Positions 8,748 through 18,523 of a DNA stretch of 64,000 nt are shown one piece after another; the first letter of the stretch is position 1, and each line of letters opens with the position of its first letter. The notes below the pieces were generated by a model that did not search any database, was not told the origin of the DNA, and saw only the letters and a program-made list of their open reading frames with translations. Made by a program: the position numbers and the translations under genes. Origin of the DNA: Candidatus Eiseniibacteriota bacterium. Its GTDB lineage: Bacteria > Eisenbacteria > RBG-16-71-46. The stretch lies in the NCBI GenBank assembly GCA_016710095.1, contig JADJLL010000005.1, positions 1,573-65,572 on the forward strand. Direction: 5' to 3'.

Positions 8748-11698
8748 TCAGCGCGGCATCGCGTTGAGGATCTCCTGCAGCTTGGGATCGCCCGGGATCG
8801 CCTCCAGCCCGCGCTCGATGGACGCGCGCGCCCCCGCGGGGTCGTTGCGGTCGACGAGGTAGAGCGCCGCGAACAGGTAGGCGTTCCGGTTGCGCGGGCG
8901 GAACTTCTGCGCGGCGAGCAGGTGCTCGATCGCGCGAGTCGTGTCCTTGCGCGAGACCGCGATCAGCCCGCGCATGACCTCGGCGTCCGCGTCCGCCTCG
9001 ACGCTCTGCCCGGGCAGCGCGTGCGTGAGCGCCTCCTCGGCGCCCGCGAGATCACCCGCCACGCGGCGGCGATCGCACAACAGCACCCACGCCGTCGAGA
9101 ACGTGGGGTCGATCTCGACCGCCCGCTCGACCGCGCGGCGGCCCTCGTCCTTGCGCCCCATCCCGAGCAACTGCGTCGCCTGGACGATCATCGCCTCCGC
9201 CTGGCGGCGGCGCAGGCCGGCGACGACCTCGCCGTCGAGCTGGTCCGCCAGCGGACCGAAGCCGTCGGCGCGGGCGCCGGCGATCGCCGTGCGCGCGCGC
9301 GTCGTGTCGCCGAGCGCGACGAGGTAGCGCGAACGCGCCGCGTACCAGCCGTCGCGCGCCCAGTCCCGGAAGCGCCCGCTCGCCGGGATGCGGCCGTCGA
9401 ACGGCACGAGCCGCGCCACCTCGGGCGCGCCGGTCAGCGACGCGCGCCCGAAACGTCTTCGGGACGCGCGATGTTCGCCGCGTCGAGCATGCGACGCACC
9501 TCGGGGCCGCGCAGGCGGTCGAGCGACAGCTTGCGCCCTCCCGGCGAAGCGACGAGCACGACGTCCACGGCGCGCCACACCGCGTACACATCGCCCTCGG
9601 GGAACACCTCGAGGAACGACGCCATCATCGAGCGGATGGTCTCGGGCGAGATCTCGTAGAGCTGCATCCACTGGCAGAACACGCCGTCCGGCTCGAGGCG
9701 CGAGCGGACGCGGCGGTAGAAGTCGACGGTGAAGAGGTTGTTCACGCCCGCGAGCCACGGATTCGACGGCTCGGAAATGATGAGCCCGTAGCGGTCCTGC
9801 GTGTGTTCGAGCAACGTGCGCGCGTCGCCGATCGTCAGCGTCACGCGCGGATCGCGCAGCGGATTGCGCGCGGGCTCGTGGAAGAACTCGGACGCCTCGG
9901 CCACGCCGCGCTCGAGCTCGACGACGTCCGTCTTGCCCGCGCCCGCGGCCAGCGCGGCCGCGGCGGTGTAGCCCGAGCCGAGCCCGATCACGAGCGTGCG
10001 CGCGCCCGAATCCGCGGTCGCCGCCGGAATGAGCCCGAGCAGCACCTGCGTTTCCATGTCCTTCGTGCTCGCGTCGACCTTGCCGCCGACCTTGAGCCAC
10101 CGCTGCTGTCCGGTCGCGTCGGCGCCGACGAGCACGGTCGCGTTCGCCCCTTCCTTGTAATAGAGGAGGTGCTCGTCGAACACCGCGCGCTCGATGGCCG
10201 AGCCGCCGCCGCCACTCACTCGCGACGCGGCCTGCAGTTCGCTCGCGCGCACGGGCCGGAACACGCCGGCCGACATCACCGTCGGGTTCCACGCGGGCGC
10301 GCCCCACGCGAGCGCGCCGGCGAGCGCCGCGGCGGCCACTCCGATCACGAGCTCGCCCATCGGGAGTTCGCGCCGGGCGAGGCCCAGCGCCAGCGCGGCG
10401 ACCGCGATCGCGGCGGAAAGGCCGAGCGCCGCGACGTGCGTGCCCTGCACGCCGAGGGCCGGAACGAGCACGAAGCCCGCCGCCAGCGAGCCCGCGAGCG
10501 TGCCGGCGGTGTTCACGGCGTAGGCGAAGCCGGCGGCCTCTCCTCCGCGCCCGCGCTGCAGCAAACGCGTCGCCACCGGGAACAGCGCGCCGAGCAGCGC
10601 GCACGGCACGAGCAGCAGCATCGCGACGAGCCCGATCTGCCCCGTGAAGAGCGCGCTCCAGCTGGCGCCGGAGCGGAGGGAAAGCTCGAGCATGCGGTCG
10701 GGCAGCTGGCCGAAGAAGTGCAGTCCCGCCGCGGCGCTCAGCGCGAGCGCCCACTGCAGGCGCGCGAAGAGCTGCAGGTTGGCGCCTCCGCGCAGCACGA
10801 ACGAAATGCACGTGCTGCCGAGTGCGAGGCCGAAGAGGTACACGCCGAGCACGCCGGCGAACGAGTACACCGACGAGCCGAACACCAGGCTGAAGAGGCG
10901 CACCCAGGCGATCTGGAACGCGAGCGCCGCGAAACCCGAGAGCGCGAACAGCACGGCGACGGGCACGACGCTGGGGGCGGGAGCGATCGGGGCGGCGGCC
11001 GCGGCGGCCTTCGCGGGCGCAGGCGCCGCCGCGGGCGCCGGAGCGACGGCGGCTTTTCGGGCGCCGCCCGCGTACCACGCGAGCGCGCCGGCGGCGAGGT
11101 TGAACGCCGCCGCGACATACGTGGTGCGCGCGAGGCCGAGCGTCGGCATGAGCACGAAGCCCGCGAGCGCCGAACCCGCGACCGCGCCGAACGTGTTCAC
11201 CGCGTACAGCCGCGCGAGCGCCGGACCGACGAGGTCCTTCTCGAAGTGTTCGACGAGCACGGGCAGGGTCGCGCCCATGAGCACCGTGGGCGGCAACAGC
11301 ACGACGAACGTGAGCACGAAGCGCACGACGGCAAACCCCGCGCTGTCCGCGCCCAGCGTGCGATAGAAGTGCCCGAAGACCGGCTCGACCCCGCGCAGCA
11401 ACGGCAGGAGCGCCACGCCGAGCACCGCGACGCCGAGCTCGAGCACCGCGTACAGCCGCGCGCCGTCCCCGCGCCGCGACAGCGGCCCGCCCAGCACGCG
11501 CGCGCCGATCGCGAGGCCGCACAGGAACGCCGCGGCCACGGTCGCGACCGCATGCAACGAACTGCCGAGCACGTACGCGAGCTGCTTCGACCAGACGATC
11601 TCGTACAGCAGGCCGGCGGCGCCGGAGACGAAGAAGCAGACCGCCGCCCAGAGCGGCAACGACGACGATCCTGAAGCGCGGGACTCGGACTTCGACAT
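8748..11698 (-). CDS. fused MFS-like membrane domain / spermidine synthase-like domain protein with C-terminal TPR repeats; frameshifted as sequenced at about 9451-9453
   Basis: ORF 9434..11698 covers the TM-rich N-terminus and the SpeE-like region (VIGLGSGYTAAAAL...IISEPSNPWLAGVNNLFT.DFY). The TPR tail lies in the frame of ORF 8748..12023. The junction reads ...ANIARPEDV|FGRASLTGAPEV if one T is restored in the GTTT run (plus-strand AAA 9451-9453). Confidence 0.8.
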
Positions 11699-12231
11699 GC
11701 GGGCTCGCTCCGAAGCGGTGGGGACGAGGAGAACGGTCGGAAGACGAATGAGAGTGAGGCATGAACACCGGAACGCGCCAGAGCGGAGAGCGTTTCGTCA
11801 AGAGGCGGCGGGCACTTTTTTTCTCGCCGGTGGTCCGGAAGAATTCGACGACGCCGGAAAATATTTTCGGGGGAAGTTTCCCCTGCAGTGACGCGACAAT
11901 TTCTTGCACGAAAGAAACACTCAACGCCCGCGCGTGCGCAACGTGTCCACAGGAAAAATTCGCGCGGTCCGAGCGGGAATTTCCGCTCTTGAATCGGTGA
12001 GCACCGGCGGTGCTATAAACCAACCCACCGCGGGCGCGGCGTCTCCCTCAGAAAGCCTCGCGGCCATCCATCCCCAGCAGGCAAAACCGATTCACGGAAA
12101 CACTGCTCCGAGTCACGTCCGACCCGAATGGCGTTACGCGCGGCCCCCCGCCCCGGGCGCCCTTCCGGTCGGACCAGTCGTCACAAGGATGCAGGTCCGC
12201 AACCGCAGTAAGGACCAGGAGGGTCCACCCC

Positions 12232-15200
12232 ATGCAGAACTCCACCGTCCAGGAGAACCTGAACCCCTCCGCAACCGCCGAGCGCGCCCAGGCCACGCAG
12301 GCCGGCATTCGCGTGCCCCGGCACTTCACCAAGGCGGGCGTGAATCCGCTCGACGAGGTGAAGTGGGACAAGCGACGCACCGTGATCGCGAACCCCGACG
12401 GCTCCGTCGTGTTCGAGATGAACGACGTCGAAGTGCCCGCGTCGTGGTCGCAGCTCGCCACCGACATCGTGGTGAGCAAGTATTTCCGCAAGGCCGGCCT
12501 GCCCACTGCGCCCGGTCACGAGACGAGCGTGCGCCAGGTGGTGCACCGGCTCGCGCGCGTGGCGCGCATCGCCGGTGAACAGCAGGGCGGCTACTTCGCG
12601 AGCCCCGACGACGCCGAGGCGTTCGAGGCCGAGCTCGCGTACATGCTCGTGCACCAGATCGGCGCCTTCAATTCGCCGGTGTGGTTCAACTTCGGGCTGT
12701 TCCACGAGTACGGCATCTCGACCGGCTCGGGCGGCAGCTACTACACGGATCTCGCGACCGACGAGATCAAGATGACCACGGACTCGTACACCTATCCGCA
12801 GGTGTCGGCGTGCTTCATCCAGTCGGTCAACGACGACCTCATGTCCATCTTCGACCTCGTGAAGAACGAGGCGCGCGTGTTCAAGTTCGGCTCGGGCACG
12901 GGCACGAACTTCAGCAAGCTGCGCGGCCGCATGGAGAAGCTTTCGGGCGGCGGCACGTCGTCCGGCCTCATGAGCTTCCTCGAAGTGCTCGACCGCGGCG
13001 CCGGCGCGACCAAGTCGGGCGGCACCACGCGACGCGCGGCCAAGATGGTCGTGCTCGACATGGACCACCCGGAAATCGTCGACTTCGTGCACTGGAAGAT
13101 GCGCGAAGAGAAGAAGGTCGCGGCGCTCATCGACGCCGGCTACTCGTCGGACTTCAACGGCGAGGCCTACGCGACCGTCTCGGGCCAGAACTCGAACAAC
13201 TCGATCCGCGTGCCGGACGCGTTCATGAACGCGTTCGAGTCCGACGGCAACTGGTCCACGAAGTTCCGCACGACCGGCGAGGTCTACCAGACCATGCCGG
13301 CGCGCAAGCTGTGGCGCCAGGTCGCGGAAGCCGCGTGGTCGTGCGCCGACCCCGGCATCCAGTACGACGACACGATCCAGAAGTGGCACACGTGCAAGGC
13401 GACGGACCGCATCAACGCGACGAACCCGTGCTCGGAGTTCGTGTTCCTCGACGACACGTCGTGCAACCTCGCGTCGATCAACCTCATGAAGTTCCGCGGT
13501 GACGACGGCGGCTTCGACATCGAAGGCTACCGCCACGCGAACCGCGTGTTCTTCCTCGCGCAGGAAATGCTCGTGAGCTTCGCGTCGTATCCGACCGAGA
13601 AGATCGCGCGCAACTCCGAGGACTACCGTCCGCTCGGACTGGGCTTCGCCAACCTCGGCACGCTGCTCATGGTCGAGGGCCTGCCCTACGACAGCGACGC
13701 GGCGCGCACCTACGCGGCGACCCTCACCGCCATGATGACGGGCGAGGCGTACGCGCTGTCGGCCGAGATGGCCGCCAGCAAGGGCGCGTTCAAGGGTTAC
13801 ACGGCGAACGCCGAGAGCATGATGGGCGTCATGCGCCTGCACCGTGAGGCCGCCCGCGCCATCGATCCGGCGCTCGCGCCGCGCGACATGCGCAAGGCCG
13901 CGATCGAGTGCTGGGACCGCGCGGTCGCGTACGGCAGCCTCCACGGCTATCGCAACGCGCAGGCGACGGTGCTCGCGCCGACCGGCACGATCGGCCTGCT
14001 CATGGACTGCGACACGACGGGCGTCGAGCCCGACTTCGCGCTCGTGAAGTTCAAGAAGCTCGCCGGCGGCGGCTACTTCAAGATCGTCAACCAGTCGGTG
14101 CCGCTCGCGCTGCGCCGTCTCGGCTACGACGAGGCCGCGACGGACCGCATCGTCGGCTACGCCGTCGGTTACGGCACGCTCGAAGGCGCGCCGCACATCA
14201 ACGACTCGAGCCTGCACAACAAGGGCTTCGGCGACCTCGATCTCCTGAGCATCGGGAAGGTGCTTCCGAACGTCCTCGACATCCGCCAGGCGTTCGGCCG
14301 CGGCATCCTCGGCGACGACCTCCTCACGCGTCTCGGCGTGGGCATGGTCGAGCGCGAGAAGCCGGGCTTCCACGCGCTCCACTTCCTCGGCTTCACGGAT
14401 TCGCAGATCGAGGAAGCGAACCTCTACGTGTGCGGCACCCAGACGGTCGAAGGCGCACCGGGCCTGCGCGCCGAGCACCTCGCGGTGTTCGACTGCGCGA
14501 ACCGCTGCGGCTCGGTGGGCACGCGCTACATCCAGCCGATGGGTCACGTCCGCATGATGGCGGCGGTGCAGCCGTTCCTCTCGGGCGCCATCAGCAAGAC
14601 CGTCAACCTGCCGAACGACGCGACGGTCGAGGAAGTCGAGAACATCTACACGCAGGGCTGGAAGCTCGGCCTGAAGGCCGTGGCGCTCTACCGCGACGGC
14701 TGCAAGATGAGCCAGCCGCTGACGAGCACGAAGAAGAAGGACGACGCGCCCGCGGCGGAAGCGCCCGCCGCCAGCGCGCCGGCGCCGCTGCTGCGCCGCC
14801 GCCTGCCGCGCCGTCGTCACGGCTTCACGCAGGAAGCGCGCATCGCCGGCCACAAGGTGTTCCTCCGCACGGGCGAGTACGAAGACGGCACGCTCGGCGA
14901 GATCTTCATCGACATGCACAAGGAAGGCGCGGCGTTCCGCAGCATGATGAACTGCTTCGCCATTTCCGTGTCCATGGGCCTGCAGTACGGCGTGCCGCTC
15001 GAGGACCTCGTGGACCAGTTCTGCTTCACGCGCTTCGAGCCGCACGGTCGCGTGGACGGACACGACAACATCAAGGTGTCGACGTCCGTGATCGACTACG
15101 TGTTCCGCGTGCTCGGCCTCGAGTACCTCGACCGCACCGATCTCGCGCACGTGATCGAAGAGGCGCCCACGGGCCAGCTCGCTCCGAAGCCGCACGCGAC

Positions 15201-15456
15201 GGACGTGCCGGTCGGCCGGGAACACCGGCTCCCGCGCGCCACGAGCAACGGCGGCGAGGTGAAGCTCCAGGCGACCCCGCGGATGCAGAAGGTGTTGGCC
15301 GAAAACAGCGACGAGCTGGGCGGCAACGCGGCGGTCCTGCAGGCCAAGCGCCTGCTCGGCGACGCGCCCGCGTGCACGAGCTGCGGGCACATCACCATCC
15401 GCAACGGCACCTGCTACAAGTGCGTGAACTGCGGCACGAGCATGGGCTGCAGCTGA
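12232..15456 (+). CDS. nrdJ: adenosylcobalamin-dependent (class II) ribonucleoside-diphosphate reductase
   Basis: 1074-aa product with class II RNR sequence throughout (e.g. VSACFIQSVNDDLMSIFD, NPCSEFVFLDDTSCNLASINL, LAPTGTIGLLMDCDTTGVEPDF). C-terminal Cys-rich tail CTSCGH...CYKCVNCG. GGAGGG RBS 9 nt upstream. Confidence 0.95.
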   Translation: MQNSTVQENLNPSATAERAQATQAGIRVPRHFTKAGVNPLDEVKWDKRRTVIANPDGSVVFEMNDVEVPASWSQLATDIVVSKYFRKAGLPTAPGHETSVRQVVHRLARVARIAGEQQGGYFASPDDAEAFEAELAYMLVHQIGAFNSPVWFNFGLFHEYGISTGSGGSYYTDLATDEIKMTTDSYTYPQVSACFIQSVNDDLMSIFDLVKNEARVFKFGSGTGTNFSKLRGRMEKLSGGGTSSGLMSFLEVLDRGAGATKSGGTTRRAAKMVVLDMDHPEIVDFVHWKMREEKKVAALIDAGYSSDFNGEAYATVSGQNSNNSIRVPDAFMNAFESDGNWSTKFRTTGEVYQTMPARKLWRQVAEAAWSCADPGIQYDDTIQKWHTCKATDRINATNPCSEFVFLDDTSCNLASINLMKFRGDDGGFDIEGYRHANRVFFLAQEMLVSFASYPTEKIARNSEDYRPLGLGFANLGTLLMVEGLPYDSDAARTYAATLTAMMTGEAYALSAEMAASKGAFKGYTANAESMMGVMRLHREAARAIDPALAPRDMRKAAIECWDRAVAYGSLHGYRNAQATVLAPTGTIGLLMDCDTTGVEPDFALVKFKKLAGGGYFKIVNQSVPLALRRLGYDEAATDRIVGYAVGYGTLEGAPHINDSSLHNKGFGDLDLLSIGKVLPNVLDIRQAFGRGILGDDLLTRLGVGMVEREKPGFHALHFLGFTDSQIEEANLYVCGTQTVEGAPGLRAEHLAVFDCANRCGSVGTRYIQPMGHVRMMAAVQPFLSGAISKTVNLPNDATVEEVENIYTQGWKLGLKAVALYRDGCKMSQPLTSTKKKDDAPAAEAPAASAPAPLLRRRLPRRRHGFTQEARIAGHKVFLRTGEYEDGTLGEIFIDMHKEGAAFRSMMNCFAISVSMGLQYGVPLEDLVDQFCFTRFEPHGRVDGHDNIKVSTSVIDYVFRVLGLEYLDRTDLAHVIEEAPTGQLAPKPHATDVPVGREHRLPRATSNGGEVKLQATPRMQKVLAENSDELGGNAAVLQAKRLLGDAPACTSCGHITIRNGTCYKCVNCGTSMGCS

Positions 15457-15480
15457 TCGCACGACGCACCGGTGAATGCG

Positions 15481-15518
15481 AAGCGGGCGGGGTCATGACG
15501 ACCCCGCCCGCTTTTCTG
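15481..15518. terminator. Rho-independent terminator after nrdJ (14-bp stem AAGCGGGCGGGGTC / GACCCCGCCCGCTT + TTTTCTG)
   Basis: Arms at 15481-15494 and 15500-15513 with a T tract immediately after. It also faces the convergent small ORF. Confidence 0.8.
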
Positions 15519-15540
15519 TCGCCCGTTCGCTCCTGTCGCG

Positions 15541-15752
15541 TCAGCCGCCGTAGGCCCGGCGGCGAGCGCCATAGGTGACGTTCGGCAGGGGCTGCTCCGC
15601 GGTCGCGGGCTCGTACGTGTCGGGCTGGAGCGTGATGTCGCCGGAGCGTGGAGTCCGGACAGGGGCGATCGGTCGCACTTCCCGCGCGCCGGAAAGACCG
15701 GCGAGCGAGAGCGCGCTCATCGCCTGGCTCAAGCCCGTGATCGCATCCATGC
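15541..15752 (-). CDS. small hypothetical protein (about 70 aa, MDAITGLSQAMSALSLAGLSG...)
   Basis: ATG 15752 has GAGGGG 7 nt upstream and mostly G/C third positions. No recognisable family; low-complexity C-terminus. Confidence 0.35.
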
Positions 15753-15811
15753 AAACACCCCTCGGCAGGGGCCTCGTGGGCTCCTGCCGCAAGTCTCGCC
15801 TGTGGCGCGCC

Positions 15812-16048
15812 TCAACTCTGGTGCGAACGCGCCTCGCTGCTGCCCGTTGGGCCGTACACGATCGACTTCGCGCTTTCCGGCGGCAGATGCTCGAACTCAT
15901 CCCGCTGCAGGATGACGTCGCCACGCGAATTGATCACGACCGGCTTGACGGGCGGTTCCTTCTGGAACGCGGCGATGATCAGGGCTTTCGCAATCCCCAA
16001 TACCTGGTCCACCGCACTCACTCCGAGGAGCCACATCACGGGCACCAC
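15812..16048 (-). CDS. small hypothetical ORF; faint Phd/YefM-antitoxin-like pattern (PVVINSRGDVILQRDEFEHL)
   Basis: Open frame of 78 codons, but the start is ambiguous (several GTG/ATG) and there is no good RBS. Several codons are rare for this genome (GTA, TTG, ATT, AAA, AAT). The family call is pattern resemblance only. Confidence 0.25.
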   Translation of the reverse strand: MVPVMWLLGVSAVDQVLGIAKALIIAAFQKEPPVKPVVINSRGDVILQRDEFEHLPPESAKSIVYGPTGSSEARSHQS

Positions 16049-16126
16049 GCTCGTGACACTCGTCCTCGACGTGGAGTGTCGGCACCCCGGGGGCGAACTG
16101 AAGGGGGGGCGGTGAAATTTTCCGGG

Positions 16127-17190
16127 TCAGGGCATGACGGCGAGCTTTCGTGTGCGTTTCGGGGCGCGGCTGGGGGATTTGCCCCCGATCCGGCCCGTTT
16201 CGACCACGAAGAGATGCTCGCGGTTGCGCGCGTGCCCCGGCTCCCCGACGCGCCGGCCGGTGAGGTCGTACACGCCGATCTTGTGCCCGATGTGGCGCGG
16301 GTGCTCGACCGACGCCTCGCGCACCTCGCCGTGGCGGGCGAGCAGCTCGCGCAGCTCGACGAGCGTGACGTAGCCCTCGTCGCTGAACGACACCACGAGC
16401 CAGCGCGCCCGGATGCGGTCGAGCACGGTGACCAGCGCCGGAAGGATGCGGCCGCGGCGATTGAAGTCGCTGCCGCGCTCGCGCACGTCGGTGCGCTTCA
16501 TCGCGACGCCGTACACCTCGGGCCGGTCCCAGCGCACGAGCGACTCCCACACGTGGTAGTTCCCGAGGTAGCTGTGCTGGTTGTAGGGCGGATCGAGGTA
16601 CACGAGGTCGGCTTCGACGCGCTCCGCCGCCTCGGCCGCGTCGAGACACGACGACGCGCCCGGGCCCTCGAGGATCTCCGGCACGCGCAGGCGCAGCGGC
16701 TGGTGCGAGCGTGCGGCCCACTGCTTGAGGTAGGCCATCTGCAGCCCGACCGTGGAGTCCACGCGGTCGGCGGCCTCCATGAGCGACGTGAGCGCGATCG
16801 CCTCGAGTTCGGGCTCGAGCGACAGCTCCGCGATGCGATTCCGGATCGCGTCCACGCGCGCGCCGTTGGCGGGCTGCAGGTAGCGCGAGCGCTCGCAGTA
16901 CGTCTCGGTGAACCAGCCCGGCTCACCGGGCAGCCCGTCGAGCTCGGCGATCAGGCGTTCAGCACGCTCGCGCCACACGCGCGCGTCGGCTCCCACGTAG
17001 CACGCGCCGAGCGTGTGCGCGTAGGCGTTGTGGTCGTTCGCGTGCACGCGGTGGCCCGCGGCCTTGAGCGCGCGGCCGACGCGGGCGGTCCCCGAGAACA
17101 GATCGAGCACCCGGTGCGCGCCTTCGCAGCGCCCCACCGTCTCCACGATCCACGGCACCAGCAGCCGCTTCGAACCCAGGTACTTGATCA
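16127..17190 (-). CDS. alpha-group (Dam/D12-class) N6-adenine DNA methyltransferase, orphan
   Basis: GTG 17190 is preceded by GGGAGGAG. Motifs IKYLGSKRLL, VLDLFSGTARVG (AdoMet site) and a late catalytic LDPPYN. No restriction endonuclease is recognisable nearby. The rest of ORF 16127..18355 is out-of-frame shadow over cax. Confidence 0.85.
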
Positions 17191-17380
17191 CCCGGCTCCT
17201 CCCGAACTCCGCCCAGTGCACGAAACGGCGCGACACGGCGCGACACGACGCGCCGCAGACTAACGCACGCACGCGCCCGGCCGCGCACGCATTCGCGCGG
17301 CCCCGGCGCCGCCGCCGTCGTCGCCGTCGCCGCATCGCGGCCTTGCGCGAACCGGGCGCGCTCTGGCAGCGTGCGCGCTC

Positions 17381-18502
17381 ATGAACGCGACCCCCACTCG
17401 CCGCAAAGGCTTCGACCCTTCGTTGATCCTCAAGGCGATGCTCGTCTTCGTCGCCATCACGCCGCTCGCGGAGCACTTCCACGCCGGAGCGCTCACGATC
17501 TTCGTGTGCAGCGCGCTCGCGATCATTCCGCTCGCCGGGCTCATGGGCGAAGCCACGGAACAGCTCGCCGCGCGGCTCGGCGCCGGCATCGGCGGCCTGC
17601 TCAACGCGACGTTCGGCAACGCCGCGGAGCTGATCATCGCGCTCGTCGCGCTGCAGAAGGGCTACCACGACGTCGTGAAGGCGTCGCTCACCGGCTCGAT
17701 CATCGGAAACACGCTGCTCGTGCTCGGCGTGTCCATGGTGGCGGGCGGGTTCAAGCGCGAGCGCCAGACGTTCGACAAGTCCGCGGCGGCCGCATCCTCG
17801 ACGCTGCTCTTCCTCGCGGCGATCGCGATGGTCGTGCCCGCGGCGTTCCACATGCTCGCGACGGGCTCGGTCGCGCAGGGCACGCTGCCGCTCGCGCGCG
17901 AGATCGAGATCGAGCACAACCTGTCGCTGCAGATCTCCGTCGTGCTCTTCGTGACCTACCTCTTGAGCCTGCTGTTCACGCTCAAGACGCACAAGCACCT
18001 GTACACGGGCGCCGCGGAGGAAGAGCACGGACACGAGCACGGCAGCCCCGTGCGCGCCGTGGCCACGCTGCTCGTCGCGACCGCGCTCATCGCCTGGATG
18101 AGCGAGATGCTGGTCGGCGCGGTGGCCGAGGCGTCGCACCAGCTCGGGCTCACCGAGGTGTTCGTCGGCGTGATCGTCGTGGCCGTGGTCGGCAACGCGG
18201 CCGAGCACTCGACCGCCGTGATCGTGGCGATGAAGAACAAGATGGACCTGTCGCTCAACATCGCCATCGGCTCGAGCATCCAGATCGCGCTGTTCGTCGC
18301 GCCGGTGCTCGTGTTCGCGTCGTACCTCATGCCCGGCTCGCCGATGGACCTGCACTTCTCGCCGCTCGAAGTGCTCGCCGTGATCGCGGCCACGCTGGTG
18401 ACGAACATGGTGTCGGCCGACGGGGAATCGAACTGGCTCGAGGGCGCGATGCTCATCGCGGTCTACCTCGTGATCGGCGTCGCGTTCTTCTTCCTGCCCT
18501 GA
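17381..18502 (+). CDS. cax: Ca2+/H+ (cation/proton) exchanger, CaCA family
   Basis: Two alpha-repeat signatures, [10 protein letters not shown] and [10 protein letters not shown], in an 11-TM-like 373-aa protein. Confidence 0.9.
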   Translation: MNATPTRRKGFDPSLILKAMLVFVAITPLAEHFHAGALTIFVCSALAIIPLAGLMGEATEQLAARLGAGIGGLLNATFGNAAELIIALVALQKGYHDVVKASLTGSIIGNTLLVLGVSMVAGGFKRERQTFDKSAAAASSTLLFLAAIAMVVPAAFHMLATGSVAQGTLPLAREIEIEHNLSLQISVVLFVTYLLSLLFTLKTHKHLYTGAAEEEHGHEHGSPVRAVATLLVATALIAWMSEMLVGAVAEASHQLGLTEVFVGVIVVAVVGNAAEHSTAVIVAMKNKMDLSLNIAIGSSIQIALFVAPVLVFASYLMPGSPMDLHFSPLEVLAVIAATLVTNMVSADGESNWLEGAMLIAVYLVIGVAFFFLP

Positions 18503-18523
18503 CCGGGCGGGAAGCCTCGCGTA

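Noticed and set aside
11840-11910. NrdR boxes upstream of nrdJ.
   Set aside because: The AT-rich palindrome GAAAATATTTTC shares only the central ATAT with the NrdR consensus (acaCwAtATaTwGtgt). I could not find a second box at the expected spacing of about 31-32 bp. No nrdR gene is in the window.
8748-12023. A single 1091-aa protein spanning 8748..12023(-).
   Set aside because: Only its last approximately 230 residues (the TPR region) look real. Upstream it is Arg-rich nonsense overlapping the true membrane/spermidine-synthase frame (9434..11698). It is better explained by one frameshift at about 9452.
12024-12231. A cobalamin riboswitch in the nrdJ leader (ccgcaaccgcagtaagg resembles the CCCGCAACTGTAA core; gaccagg resembles part of the B12 box).
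   Set aside because: The elements are in the wrong order and spacing for the Cbl riboswitch, and other conserved blocks (GGGAA, GGTGAAAATCC-type) are absent. B12 riboswitches typically repress B12-independent RNRs, not nrdJ. Only an Infernal scan could settle it.
12181-15462. 1093-aa ORF antisense to the whole of nrdJ. Similar giant ORFs: 46505..50149(-), 1214 aa; 39885..41414(-); 27873..29762(-); 33799..35529(-).
   Set aside because: The products are Arg/Ala/His/Gly-rich with no motifs. They exactly shadow well-supported genes on the other strand. Stop codons are rare in all frames of DNA this GC-rich, so ORF length is not evidence of coding.
15812-16048. A toxin-antitoxin module (Phd/YefM-like ORF plus a partner).
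   Set aside because: The resemblance is limited to one short strand-helix pattern. No recognisable toxin (the neighbouring 70-aa ORF is low-complexity), no RBS, an ambiguous start and atypical codons. Kept only as a low-confidence ORF.
16127-18355. A 742-aa version of the methyltransferase extending upstream across cax.
   Set aside because: The region upstream of GTG 17190 is His/Arg/Asp-rich nonsense antisense to the well-supported cax gene. A strong GGGAGGAG RBS sits right before GTG 17190.
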